A DNA stretch of 64,000 bases from Enoplolaimus lenunculus (Eukaryota). The stretch lies in NCBI GenBank assembly GCA_030248215.1, contig JASANG010000932.1, positions 1-64,000 of the forward strand. Direction: 5' to 3'. The notes beneath the pieces are model-generated. The model had not been told where the DNA came from and searched no databases. It saw only the letters and a list, made by a program, of their open reading frames with translations. The position numbers were made by a program, and so were the translations under genes. This document shows, one piece after another, positions 50,113 to 63,744 of this stretch (within the stretch, counting starts at the first letter, position 1; every line of letters starts with the position of its first letter).

Positions 50113-52799
50113 GTAAAATGTATTAACTAAACTATTTTAAGAGTGTTTTGCCAGAGTATCAAGTACCCCCCCGCCAATTGTCATCGTCGTTGGCGGTCTG
50201 TTTATATTCGGGACACGGGACCGCATCCCATACAGGGCCCTGAAGACAGAGTGGCCCCAAGAAAAACTTTAGTTCTTTTTAGCTAATTTTTAGACTCGTC
50301 TTGAACGCTTGTATCTTTACATCGCGTTTGTCCCAAAGGTGGTTTGGCAGCCTTTTTTGATAATTGTGATTCTCCGTCCACAAAGTCTTATTTGATTTTT
50401 AAAAACAGTTGCTCAATGCAACCGTGTTCCGGTTGACTTTTGGAAAGAGACTCAGAATTAGTTTCCCCCCCCCCAGCCATTTGAGTTCGCTACGAGCTGT
50501 CCGAGATATATTACTGAAGATAAAGACGCTATTTCCTGTCCGCGTCGCTAGCCTCGTAGACACAAAATACACCTGCTCCAGCCACGCTGACTCTGCCTGA
50601 CTCTTAAGTATCGGTCGAAATTTGCAAATAACATCAATTAGCGTTCTGCAATATTATAGTAGTGCGATGCAACAATTGCGTTCGAAAAAGAAATTGCAGA
50701 ATTGCACAATTGCACTATTGCAGTTCACGGTATTTTTCAAATACTGCACGCTCGCATCTGCATCACGGGACGTCGCGTCAAAAACTGTTTGCCGGTGGGA
50801 CAGGCAACCGAAGCAAGCAAACGAAAAAAAGTACGTCCATCGCAACGGTAACTGCCAGAGTTGAGATATCGAGTTATATGCCCAATATCCTAAAATTTGC
50901 CAAAAATATAACAAAAAAAAGCACTTTTAACAACAGGTTTTAGAATATAATTCTTGATGGTAAAAAAATAATTATTGTTCCCGTTCGCTACGGTCGCTTG
51001 CAACAAAAAAAATACTTTTGCAAATTTTATTCATCACTGGATTTGAAATCACGGCTGTTCGGAGTAATTGCGTTGTTGATAAGTGATATTGACACGACAA
51101 GATTTAGAAAACGGAAACGCGATGACACCCTCGAAAAAAAAACTGTCCCAGCACAAATAGCTCATAGATTTAGTTGCGGTGCGGGGGGGTGGTGCATATT
51201 CCAAATATCAATATTTGCACTTAATAAACGGTGCGCTTTCGTTTGCTTCGATAGGGGGGTCGAGACGAGATTTTACTTATCCAAAATATTAATATTTGTA
51301 TTGAAATGTAGTGGCGTAATGTGTCACTCTTGTAATCTTGAGGGTATTCTTACAATGTCGTAACGGACGTTGACAGCGAGAACAATATTGCTGTGAATTA
51401 TGTCAGATATATAATTCACACATATGTGACCATATACTTAGGGCTGGAACTAACAGGAGAGTCCACAATCATGGGGGTAGCTTCGATTCTTCTAGGCGGA
51501 GAATTTGTACGGTAGCATTAATGGAATTGCAAAAATGTTCCATGACCCCGACGCCCCACCCTCAGGATATGTTTACCACCCTCGGTACTAGCAGTTCCTA
51601 ATGTTGGAACTGTACATATTTGTATATTTAAATATATTATATGTATAACATACAGTGGCGTAATTAGGATGGCATCAGAAATAGTCAAAAACTACCAATT
51701 TTAGTCAGTTTCCGCAATGTCTTTTAGATTTCTGTCAAAAATCTGACGCATGTAAAGATCAGCGGGGGAATGTTTTTCTGTGGCACTACAATACAATTAA
51801 ATGCTTAACAAAGCTTAAAGACTAATTTTTTTACTTAGGCGGAAGTTTTGGTTAACGCAAAATGTAAACATTATATTTTAGCTGTTCGATTACTGTAATA
51901 ATGCGTCGATAACGTGAAATTTTTCACAAATTTCTGCAACTGATATCAAATCTGTTCGGCGACATTTCTTGTGGAACGGATACGTTTCCGCTGGATCCGC
52001 CAGTGATATACAAACACACACACACTTATATATATAGTTATATATATATATAAATATATATAATTTTTAAGTTTACATAACAAGAGGAGATAACAGACCG
52101 CAATCCACCGGTAGAAGTGCACCATGAAATTTTAAGGTTATCGTCTATTTCTGTCACAAAATAGCACACATTTACGAAAATTACACAGCGGATAACAGAA
52201 CTTTCGAAGTTTTCTCAATGAACGTCGACCGGCAGTGATTAGAAAGTATATAATAAATAAATGAATGAATGAATGAATGAGAGTATAGTAAATAAGTTGA
52301 AGATGGCAGAGCGATGAGTAGGATTACGAAAGTGAAAGTAAATTTTATCAATGAAAAGAATATGAAAAATTGAAAAATTAACACGGTTGCAGTGATATAT
52401 ACATATATATTATTTCAATTACGTATATATGTTTGTCAAATATTGAGACAATATTTATTTGAGTTTACAGATAAGGTCGTTTTTCTATCGGGGACATATT
52501 TGTAATTTGAGGCGTGAAGTTTTTGTTTCGGTTGAAATTATAGGCCAGTGTGTGAAGCCGCTGAACAAGACAACAGCAGATCGAGAAATTTCTGACGAGG
52601 GGTCAGCGTGCTGGCAAAAGTTATGAAACGCAATTTGTACTGAATGCTATATATGCAAATTTTCTGGCAGCGAAAAATTGTAAAGTACCTTACTATTTTT
52701 TTCACAAAAAATACTCACGGGACCATCTCCGCCGCCCCCCGGTCTTGATCCGCTAGAGGAAGAAGGTTTAGGTGTGCCTGCTGACATCAGGCGGCTGAC

Positions 52800-53106
52800 C
52801 AGCATAGCTTGTTTTTTCCTGAAAGTTGTCAACTCAGAGACAGCTGGGTGGGTGAGCAGTGGGCATAAACCTTGTGACTTTCGGGTTTTGTTGGCTGGTG
52901 CTGGGGTACCCGATTGGTATCCGAGTTTCTAAACCCGGCAAATGAGGCCCTATGATTACTTTAAAACCTTATTGTCAGTCTAGGTATGAACTGGGACTTC
53001 AGACCTTTGTACTAAGCAGCTGGAAAAACGGGCTAGAGCGGGGATCGAACTCTCAGCCTATGGATTCTTAAGCGAATACTTTACCACTGCGTCACTCAGC
53101 CAGCCT
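52800..53106 (-). mobile_element. tRNA-derived SINE (3' boundary uncertain)
   Basis: Head GGCTGGCTGAGTGACGCAGTGGTAAAG (A box) ... GAGAGTTCGATCCCCG (B box), followed by an unrelated body. Confidence 0.65.
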
Positions 53107-53327
53107 CTCCAACTGCATTTTTCGTCGACTATATGTGTCGACCGTATGCTGTCAGCTAGCATACATACAGTGCACTGCACTATATTGCATGCGCACATAT
53201 AACGGACAAGCATGTCTCGCATGCTTATAAGTGTCACATGGAATTTTCTGCAAATTAAATAGGTTGACTTATATCTTCACGAGCAAGCGAGCGATAAGCC
53301 AAACGCAATTTTAACATTAAATCTTAA

Positions 53328-53573
53328 CACTGTAAATCCCTGTGAGTTGATTTTAACTCGGAATGAGTTGAATCACTCAGTCTGCGTCAGAATTATCAGA
53401 ACTGAGAATTTCGAGTTGATTCAATTCATTCTGAGTTCATTAATCAACTCACCCAGAGTCAACTCAACTCAGAGTAAGAATCAACTCGACTTAGAGATGT
53501 TTACTGATATTAATTCAGAAATAACTAACTCGCTAGCTAAATTGATTAATCAACTCACTGCAATTTTACTGTG
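53328..53573. mobile_element. MITE family B
   Basis: CACTGTAAATCCCTGTGAGTTGATTTTAACTC. Confidence 0.8.
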
Positions 53574-55532
53574 TAGATTTACGCTTAACTATTAAAAATA
53601 TATTTCAAACTAAGGTACGTTCAGTCATAGAAAATAGCATAATTTCAAAGCAGGTGGGAAAATAACAGTACCGGTCTCTCAGCTCATTTAATTCCGGTTG
53701 AGTTGGTTAATTAGAATGAGTTTAATCAGTTCAGAATTCTGTGTTCTGAAAGACCTAATTCAAAGCTCAGACTTCTGAGTGCATTCAACTCGTTCTGAGT
53801 TAAAATCAACTCACTGGAATTTACGGTGTTGAAATTTTTCATCTCTAATTACATAGCTACTTTTTCTGTATTCACTATCTTTGAATTATCCGACACTGAT
53901 GTATTATGGGTACGCAGCCAGAGGCATACGTGCCCATTAGTGGATCCAGCGGAAACACCCAGGCAATTCTCTTCAGCAGGTAAAAAGTTGTATTAAGATT
54001 TAGTACTAAAATTGCGTTAAGCTTTTCGCTCGCTGGATGCTTCACAAATCGACCACTTCGCTTGCAACTATTAAAGGCCGTATGTGACATTTTAGAACAA
54101 TCGAAGATACGCTAAAACTTAAACGGTATTACTGTAATTTCTGCTGTCTTCCTCCTAGATGCCGTATACTTCAAAAGTGTTTTGGCTCGCGAATATAGAG
54201 ATTTACGTAAATTACCGCCCTATAGTGTTTACTAAATCAAGACAAAGACTTTTAGCATTAAGCTTTCTACTTCTGGTATATTAGTATTTATTACATTAAA
54301 ATCTGGTGTAAGCTCGCTATATATATATACATATATATAATATATTATATATAATATATATAATATATTATATATAATATAATATAATATATATGACACC
54401 TATTTACCTGCCGAACGTTTCCGGTTGGTACAGACATTGAATTAAGGACAGTCCAAACAACTTCTGGAATGAAACGAAAATAGAAATCAAATGAAATTTG
54501 CAGCGAAAACCGTGTGTTATTTCGCAATCAAGTGCTAATGAACCGTGATAAATATCAACACTAAACGTAACAACACCAACAACAACAACGGTTTAAAGAT
54601 GACGAGTTTCCGTTTAAAATCTAATGGCACTTTTTAGTGACTTTTGAAATTTTAAATTTTAACTCTGCAACGAATCATAAAAGTTAAAACGCACGCGCGT
54701 CACATGAAAATTCGGAAATCCTCTGTTCAAAGGTGTAAGTTATAATTTCCGTTTATATACGAAATTGTCGGTTGCGAACAAAAAATTAGTCAGCCGAGAA
54801 ATACGGCAGAATGGTACGTAAAAGCGTATCTTAAGCGGATCCATAGCCAGAGGGTGGCTTGAAACGCTCAGCGGATTCTCCTTGAAGAATTTTGTTCCCA
54901 CTAGAAAATTTTCAATCTTGTTTGTAAGTCTTCCGTTTTAATGTCGCTGCTCAAAATTGTTTAGTCATCCTAGCAAGGTGAGCTGGCTACAGGCCTGAGC
55001 TGAGCAAATTTGCAATTGGAATGAATTCAAGTCAACGCTCGTTGCTACTGAGATAAAGACTCGATTTCGTGGATTGCGGATTTCAACCGAACTGGCCAAT
55101 CCTTGCTTTACTTGATCCCAACGGCGTTCAAAAGTGTGATTAAATATTATAATTCAGTGTTAAAATTGCGTTTGGATTCTTGATCGCTTCGTTATCGAAA
55201 CGGTTTTTTGACTGTTTTCGCACTTGGTCCTTGGTGAAATTTCTAAATCCGCCAATGTAAAATTAGCGTGGCGATTTCCAAGCTAAAACCTTGGAATGCC
55301 CACAGGTCGACGTTCCCCAATAACATCGAGTGGATCATAATTGTAGTTGTTGAATACAAAAATGGTTACAAAATTAGCTAATCTTACGTACCTGGCTCTA
55401 ATAATGTACCGTTTACACCTTGAAATGTTATGTAGTCAGAACCGTAGCCAGTTCACCTTGATTGGGGGGGGGCAAATATTTTTCAGGAGCGGCATACATT
55501 TTGATGACTTACAAGCATGGTTAACAAATCTT

Positions 55533-55714
55533 GGCCATGTAAGAGGTCATGGGCGGAACGTTTTTTGTGAGACTAGAAAGGAGTAAGCTTAAGCATTAGA
55601 CTAATTATTTGTTTGCCCTAGGCTTAGCCTTAGGCTTAGGAATATGCTCACTCTTACGCTTAGGCTTAGGCTTATGCTTATAATACTGTTCCGCCCTTGT
55701 TCTTTACATTGGCC
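55533..55714. mobile_element. TTAGGC-MITE nested in hAT-like family G element 55437-55787
   Basis: TSD CAAATCTT/AAAATCTT. Confidence 0.85.
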
Positions 55715-56610
55715 AAAATCTTATACGGGGGCAAATTATATCCACAGGGGATGAGGCACCCCCGCCCCCCACTGGCTCGAGACTCTGTAAGTAAGTTCTT
55801 CCTGTTTCGTTTAAATTATAACACAACAAAATGTGTGTGTATTTTGAAGCGGAAATTTCGTTTGAGATGGGTTCTTGAGAAATATATTAGACCGCAGACA
55901 TATAAACACAGAAGCGTATGACCTTCACACTTTCCGAGTTACAACAACGATCAAATATCAGTAGCAACAAAAGTGATATATTTAATCAAATATCGCTTTG
56001 ATTCATAAAATTGTAATGTTTTTATTCATAAATTTCTCAAAATATAAAATTTGTGGCTAAACATTTTTAGTCTTTTTCTGTAAAGTTTTTTTTACTTATT
56101 TTTTTGCAAAAACCAGCTAAATTTGATTAACCAGGTTTAACATTTTACAAACCGTATAAGCAAGGTTTCATTTTTGTGGCAGGGTATAATAACCGATATT
56201 TTAGCGAACGTTTTGAACCCTGGAATCCAGCAGGTTTGAGTCTAAACGCCGGTAAAAGCGTCTATTTCCTGTAATTTGCAGGACGTGAATTGCTAACCGT
56301 CTTTGGTTTAACCGGTGACTGTAAAAACCTGTGAAAAAATATAAACATATATCCGGAAATTCTTGACGGATATTTATCCGGATATAAGAAGATATCAGGA
56401 ATTTTTGGAAAGAAAATAACAATTCGTTCTTGTTTTTAAAATTGAATTCTGTTAAATGTGTCCAAGTTTCAACTGGGTCCAAGTTTAAGGTCGAAAAAAT
56501 GTACCATTTTTGGACGATTCTTTGGAGAAAATGATAGTCAAATTTTGCTAAGGCAAGCACCGGTTGCATGCTCTTGTCATTTTACTCAAATAATTTATTT
56601 CGTTCATCAA

Positions 56611-56857
56611 CAGTGTAAATTGCAATGAGTTAATTAATCAACTCAGACGGAAAGTTAGTTATTTCTGAGTTAATTGTAGTAAATCATAACTCATTCTGAG
56701 TTGAGTTGATTTTTACTCTGAGTTGAGTTGATTCTGGCGAAGTTGATAAATCAAAATGAGTTGAATCTACTCAGAATTGTGAGTTCTAATAGTCCTCACT
56801 CGGACTGAGTGATTATACTGATTTTGAGTTACAATCAACTCACTGTAATTTACAGTA
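56611..56857. mobile_element. MITE family B
   Basis: Degenerate CACTG ends; AA flanks. Confidence 0.8.
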
Positions 56858-57828
56858 AACGAACCGTATATTTGTTTTAAAAATTATTTTGTCGGAATAA
56901 ATTATTTTGTTAGAATCAGAATTGGAATTCAAATATATTTGCAGAAACGTGGAATCGAAAATGAAGTTTGGCTTTTTATGACAAATGTTTCATATCTTTT
57001 TAATTAAACACAACTTTTAATTAATATGTGAAAAAAATTGCCGAGATTTCGTAAAAAATAAGCGTAAAACAAAAACATTTAACAACGTCTTACAAATATT
57101 AGCTAAAAGTTGCAAAACGTCATTATAAACTAGCTAACTTTGCCTCAGCTCCGGCTCAAGCTAATTTTAATGATCTCACGTTCCGGCAAATTTTGTTGAC
57201 CTCCGGTTCCGGCTCCGGTTATTTTGTAAGCTTAAGCATAGTGCTGGAAAGTAACAAATCTATTTCAGGTTCAAGACTTAGATTTAAGCTTTAGGTTAAG
57301 CTCTCATCGCAGGTATTATTGTTTGTCAGTTCCCACCCAGGCATCTCTTCCCAACTCCTGAACGCAACCTTCAGCCCTGGTATATACCCGGTTTTCATCA
57401 GATATCCGTTTTCGGTTCCGGTTCGAGCAAAAAACAACATCCGGATCCGGCACCAATATTCAATATTGCCGGATATATATTGCTGGAAAAGTTTAACGTA
57501 ACTCTGTGGCATTCGGATATATAAAAGTAAATTTTTGACAAAGGTTTCGACAATTTCGGCATCAAAAGTAATACGTTGGCTTCAACTACCCAAGCAAATT
57601 GCACCTCAAATCTACATTGCTGTTTGCAGTATGCTACAGCGGCGGATATAGAAATTTCTGACCTGGGCAGGCGGACTGGTACAAGTTTCTAAACGCAATT
57701 TCTACTATATACTATATATTTTAGAACTTTCTGAGGGAGAAAAATTGAACGTTTGGGATTTTACCATTTTATCACAAACAATTTACTGACTAGGGGTCGT
57801 ACAGACCCCTCGTTAGATCCGATTGTGA

Positions 57829-57906
<78 letters not shown>
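57829..57906. repeat. (AT)n microsatellite
   Basis: Read directly. Confidence 0.95.
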
Positions 57907-57909
<3 letters not shown>

Positions 57910-58825
57910 GATATATGTGTGTATTTGTGTAAATTCCAGTTAATCCGTGTGAAATGTCTTAAAATCGGTACAATCGTACAATTATACAAAAACTTGAAGG
58001 ACATCCGCTCTTAAGAACTGTGATTCTGTGACCGTTACAAATCAATTTTAGACAAATTTCATATTTTTTACATATTTTTACAAGTTTAATAAGCATTCCT
58101 TTGACGGGTAATTGTCGCAGTAGTTTTCTCGTCACACATATTTTCTACTTACGCAAAACAGCAAATAAATATTCAAGTTTTGCAACGATTTTTTACTCAA
58201 AATATTAATAGAATTTCGTGGCATTTTTTGGGAATTTTTTTGGCGTTGAGAAAACATTAAAAATATATTAAGATTTTGAACTTTTGGTGTGAAAAAAAAG
58301 ACTTTAAGATGATAGCAGCTGGACAAGTTTTCGGTTCAAACTGGTCAAAACAACATCAACAACTGGAAACCTAATTGATTTTTCAAAGCTGGCAAATATG
58401 CCTAAACCAGACCGGAACCAGATTTGGTTACAAGTGGAAATGGTTAATTTCCTCAAAATAGACGTGATGCTATTTGAAAAGTTAAGCTAAATTTTTAAAG
58501 ATAGCAAGCTTCCTACAACTGTCAGATTTTCAACAATCCAAGATTTTATGCAATTCAACAATTATTTTATGCTAATATTCATCATTTCCTTCACAATATC
58601 TGGTCACAAGGATACAACCGGACGTCTGCCTCCGGATCCGGCTCCGGCAAGTTTCGTTGACCTCCGGCTCCTGTATTTTTTACCTCCGGTTGCACCCTGC
58701 AGGTCACCCAGAAAACTGTGCTTCCGCAAAGATAAAATTAAAGTTTCGAGTTCGAGTTGGCATATTTCTTGTAGTAATTCCAGTAGAAAATCCTAAGTTG
58801 AATCGAATGGACGAATCGAAAAGAT

Positions 58826-59011
58826 GGCTCATGTAAAGATCAGGGGCGGAACGTTTAGTAAGCTTAAGGTTTAAACTAATTTTTTTGCTTGGGTTTAGGC
58901 TTAGGCTTAGGCTTAGGAATCTGCTCATTCTTACGCTTTAGCCGTAGGCTAAGGTTTAAGGCTTAGGAATATGTTTATAATACTGTTCTGTCTCTGTTGT
59001 TTACATTGGCC
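58826..59011. mobile_element. TTAGGC-MITE
   Basis: Both TIRs; TSD decayed. Confidence 0.8.
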
Positions 59012-60608
59012 TAAGGCGATGAAGGGTGCTTTTTGGATTTCGAAATTTTACACTCTTTATAAAGCTTGTTTATCAAATAATTTGAGACGTTTTTACTCTA
59101 CCAGTGGCCCCTGAAGGGTCCTAATTTATAAACTCATGTTATTACCGCCATACTTGGGAGTAGATCCGATTTTGGAACCATGGGTTACGGTGTATAGAAT
59201 GATTGTCAGGAACATTTGTGGTGTTGTAAAAACTGAAACCGTGTCTACAAACCTTGGTACAAAATTTTCACAAACGGGTGGTTTGACACCTAAAATACCC
59301 ATTTGGATATGTTGTAGGCCCCACAGGCGTAAAATACCTTTACCCTTAAACCTTATAATTTTAGAATTTTGGTTTGTTTAGACAGCTAACGCCATTGGAA
59401 GTTAATACAATTCCATTCGCACCGGATATTCGGATGTGTATCTGAAAAGAACTGAGAATCTGGATATCCGAAATTCTATTGTGTAAATAATTGTTTGAAA
59501 TAATTTGCATTGTTTCACCATTAAAAGTAGCTGGCACTCACGAAAACAAATTTTATGTTCAAACCTGAGTTAAAATATTGAACCACATTCTTGCATAATT
59601 TCATGATGATTTAAAATTTTGATTTTAAAACATGCCAAAATTTAAAAAAAACGTCAGTTTAACTTGATATTTATCGAATTAATGAATTCGTATTTTTGAA
59701 TTATCTCAAAATTAACCCAGTGAAAAATTAACCAAAACATATTCCTAAGTTTACGCCTACATTGTAATAAACACAAGTTTAAAACAAAGCTTAGTTTAAG
59801 CCCAAGCAAAAAATTAGCCTAAGACTTAAGCCTTGTCTATTTTGGTCTAGTGAGAACACGGACAATAGCGCATCCAAAGGTTGGCGTGTAGACGTACGCA
59901 CCCCGTCAGAAATTTTTTTACGATAAAATGGTGCAATGTCCTTACAATTTTCCCTCTCAGAAATTTTTTGTGATAAAATGACAAGGTTTCTACCTGGCAA
60001 TTGCCCTCTCTCAAAAGTTATTTTGCAAAAAAATGATTACGTTCCTACCTTACAATTTTATCCCTCAGAAAATGATTTGGTGAAAAATTGCGTTTCAAAT
60101 AATTTACGAGCCTACCCCCCGTCAGAAATTTCTGGATCCGCCGGTAAAGGCAGGGTACCAGTAACAATAACATGGACTGATAGTTATTCGATTTCGCGTA
60201 AGTATGTTTCAATCTGGTTCCTTGTTCTTAAAACATAAAACGACTCGTGTATATACCCATAGTTCGATCAAAGGGTGACATTCAATAGAATCTCTGTTGA
60301 ACTGGTTTAAACCAAATCAACTCAATCTCAGATGGCCAACACAAGTATTTATTAGTCAACAGCAATCTTCTAAACCGAATACCCAGCACTTTTCCTTAGA
60401 GTAGCAAGTTAAAACAAGTGCTTGAGAAACAAAAATTGAGGTTCGGAAGCCCAAAAAACGCAAAATCGAGTCTCGGATATCAAAAATAGAAAATTTAATT
60501 TCGGATATATTAAATATCCGGCAGACATTGCCCGGTATCCGGATATGAAAAAATATCCGACGCCCATCACTAATATATATACATATATATGTATATATAT
60601 TTATATAT

Positions 60609-60651
<43 letters not shown>

Positions 60652-61108
60652 TATGTACTCAAATGCGGAAGTATAAAACGTGTTATAAGGTTATGAGCCG
60701 GAACAACAACCGGGTAATGGATATATTATACGTTTAAATATAACATCGATATTAGAAATATACAAAATTGAATTTTGTAACAAAATAAACAACGAAATAT
60801 TCCCCTACGTTGAGTTCAACTGTTGAATTGCGAATACGTCCGGTTGTCTCTGACAGACTCGAGTTGCTTCCGTTCAATTTGAGTACAGCGAGAAGACTTT
60901 GAGTTGAAAATTTTAATTGAATTTTAAAAATAAATATAAAACGTTTTGTATCTATTGCTCGGTTGAAAAGGATACGATAAAGTGGATTAACAGTTGTATA
61001 TCAGATATAAAAGCACGTTGTTGGAATTACGAACCGTGTCAAAATTGCAAAGCGGTTGGTAACAGTTGTTGCCAAAAGACTTTAAACCCTTTGCTGCATA
61101 GAGTACAC

Positions 61109-61489
61109 GGCCCAGGTTACGTTTAGGGTCGTCCCGGTTTCTGGTGGATCCGTAAAAATAGGAATAGGAATACGCTTTTGTAACGCTTAGGCTTAGGCGT
61201 AAGCTTAGCAATACGCATTGGAACGCTTAGGTTTAGGTTTAAGCTTAGCAATACGCATTGGAACGCTTAGGCTTAGGCTTAAGCTTAGGAATACGCATTG
61301 GAACGCTTAGGCTTAGGCTTAAGCTTAGGAATACGCATTGGAACGCTTAGGCTTACAGTTAGGCTTAGGAATACGCTTTGGAACGCTTAGGCTTTAGGCT
61401 TAGGAATACGCTTTTGCAACGCTTAGACTTAGCCTCAGACTTAGAACTACGCTTAATCTACTGTTACGGTCCTAAAACTGACATTGGCC
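61109..61489. mobile_element. TTAGGC-MITE subfamily 2 with ~39-bp higher-order repeat expansion
   Basis: AATACGCATTGGAACGCTTAGGCTTAGGCTTAAGCTTAGG units between GGCC ends. Confidence 0.85.
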
Positions 61490-63744
61490 GGGTTTACCAT
61501 ATCAACTAAAGGTTCGACACAAGTTTTTTTCCAATTGCTTAGGCTCGCTTAGCCACACTGAGCTTTGTCACTGTTTATATCGCGTTTCCACCGTCAGAAA
61601 TTTCTGGATCCGCCACTGCTGGTGTACGCAAGTTGAATTCATTACAGTCCACGTAATTATCAATTCAAAGTCTTAGTGAGCTGTTACAGGGTAAACTTGC
61701 GTTGAACCTACAAGGTTTTTGTTGAGATTGGCTGAAGTAGTTAAAAATCGCTTTTAAGTACCCCGATCATAGATTAATCTGGCTTCAGACCCGTAGCCAT
61801 CTCTCCTTACTAGGAGGGGCTAGCCCAGTTTCAGGAGGTGCATACAAGAGTTTCCAATGACGTACAAGCAAGGTTGCAAACCTCTTTTAGGGGGGAATTT
61901 TATCAGGAGATGCTGAACCCCCCAGTTCCACTTGACTCCGTGCCTGATCAGGCTTAGCAGACGTCTGATAATCCAAAATTGTAATAATTGCTAATTTAAT
62001 ACAGATGTTGTTAGATATTTAAGTCTTAAATTCTTGTCTGCCATTATTAATTTGAGTAGTTTTTTATGTTTTAAATTTGAAGAATTTTCAAATATTTTAC
62101 GCGAGATATTTCAATGTTAACCTGTTGTGCACCATCTGCCTATACGCTTTTTAGTCAAATTTACCAAAAACGCTACTGTTTAACAGCGTTTAAATCCCAC
62201 ACTCGGTCTGTTTAAATAAAGTCGAACCGATACACAAGCATAATTGTGTCACAAAATTAGTATCTTTTTAGAACGCTAAAATAGCATTCTAAGTATTAAC
62301 AGCGTGAACCAATCAAAATAAGTTTCAAAAATTTCCAAAATATTTCAGCAACCAATCAAAATGTTTTAAAATCGAAATATTTCTAAACGACACAGAGTAA
62401 GAACGCGGAGCAAGGAGTTGTGGCAAGATTTCTACAGATAAATATTTTTTGCAACCAAAAATTCTTTTAAAGCTGAAACTTTTTGGCCAGGGGTGAGCCA
62501 AAAATGTCCGTATGGAAAAGTTCTTTCCGTCAGTGACACCGGACACTGCAAATTTATTCTGAATAACAACACAAATCATAAAATATGTTGTTGAATCGCA
62601 ACTAGCCAATGAAAATGCTTCTTTGAAAATATAAATTTTCATCACCCAATCAGAACAACGCGTACAAACCATCGAATATATTGTAGAATCGCAAATAGCC
62701 AATGAAAATGACGCGTTGAAAATTGAATTTTTCATCAGCCAATCAGAACGTTTGAAAATGTTTAGTTTTAAAGTATAAAATTTTTAGTTTCTATTTTAAA
62801 ATCTAAAACTACCGTAATTTCTAAATACTCTTGTAAGCAGTAATTGTGACGATTTGATGCTCGTTTTAATTGCTAAATTTAATCTGTTTTATGCCTTCTG
62901 TATCGTCAGTTACGAGCCGTATACATTCCCGTTTCGACAGCGTCGACTTTTAGTCGAATACGTATCAGTTGTTACCTATTTTTGTTAGTCAAATACAGCA
63001 ATTAAAATTAAAAACATTTCGTATTTTTAAACGATTAGATTCTTACAGCGCAGTCCTGCAACTAGGGATTGTTACATAGAAATGGCCGAAAAATTTGAAC
63101 AAAAAATATCCAGCTTGTGGGTGGAAAAGGTTCACAGAATTCCGGGGACGCCAAATCAGTTTCTCAACTGTAGTTTTGGCATTGCATTTGTCTAAAAATT
63201 TAACAACTATCACCAGTTAGTGATAGGTTTTGAAACGAAATCAACTACGGTAATACTTGTGTTTTAGAAATGCAAACATATATATTATATATAATATATA
63301 TATTTATATATCTATATCTAATATATATTTATATATCTGTATATAATATATATTTATATATCTGCTAGGGCCACGCAAGTTCTATTAAAGCTGTTTGCTC
63401 TTTGACGGTAAAAAGTCACAATTATAAACGGGCGGAAATTGTTCAAATTTTAGTGCTTAATTTGTCAAAATTTAAATTTTAAACGTGTGAATCTTTTAAT
63501 TCATTTATTTAAAGTTAGATCAGATGGCAGCCTCAGGACGGCCGTAGGCAAACCATTTTAGGATGAATAAACACGCGAAGAAGTTTTGGCAAAGCGAACG
63601 TGGCGAGCAAAAAAATATTTTTACGCTAATTCTAGAAGCTATGAAAGTGATTTTTTTCTGGTTTTGCCAGAAAATTTGGGGATGGAATAAAACCGGCCAG
63701 TCTCCCATTTCATACGCATTTGGTTCTCTGCGTTCTAAAATATT

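Noticed and set aside
53030..53106. Functional tRNA gene
   Set aside because: A/B boxes are present but the cloverleaf is imperfect and it continues into a body shared with 6345-6485, so it is treated as a SINE head
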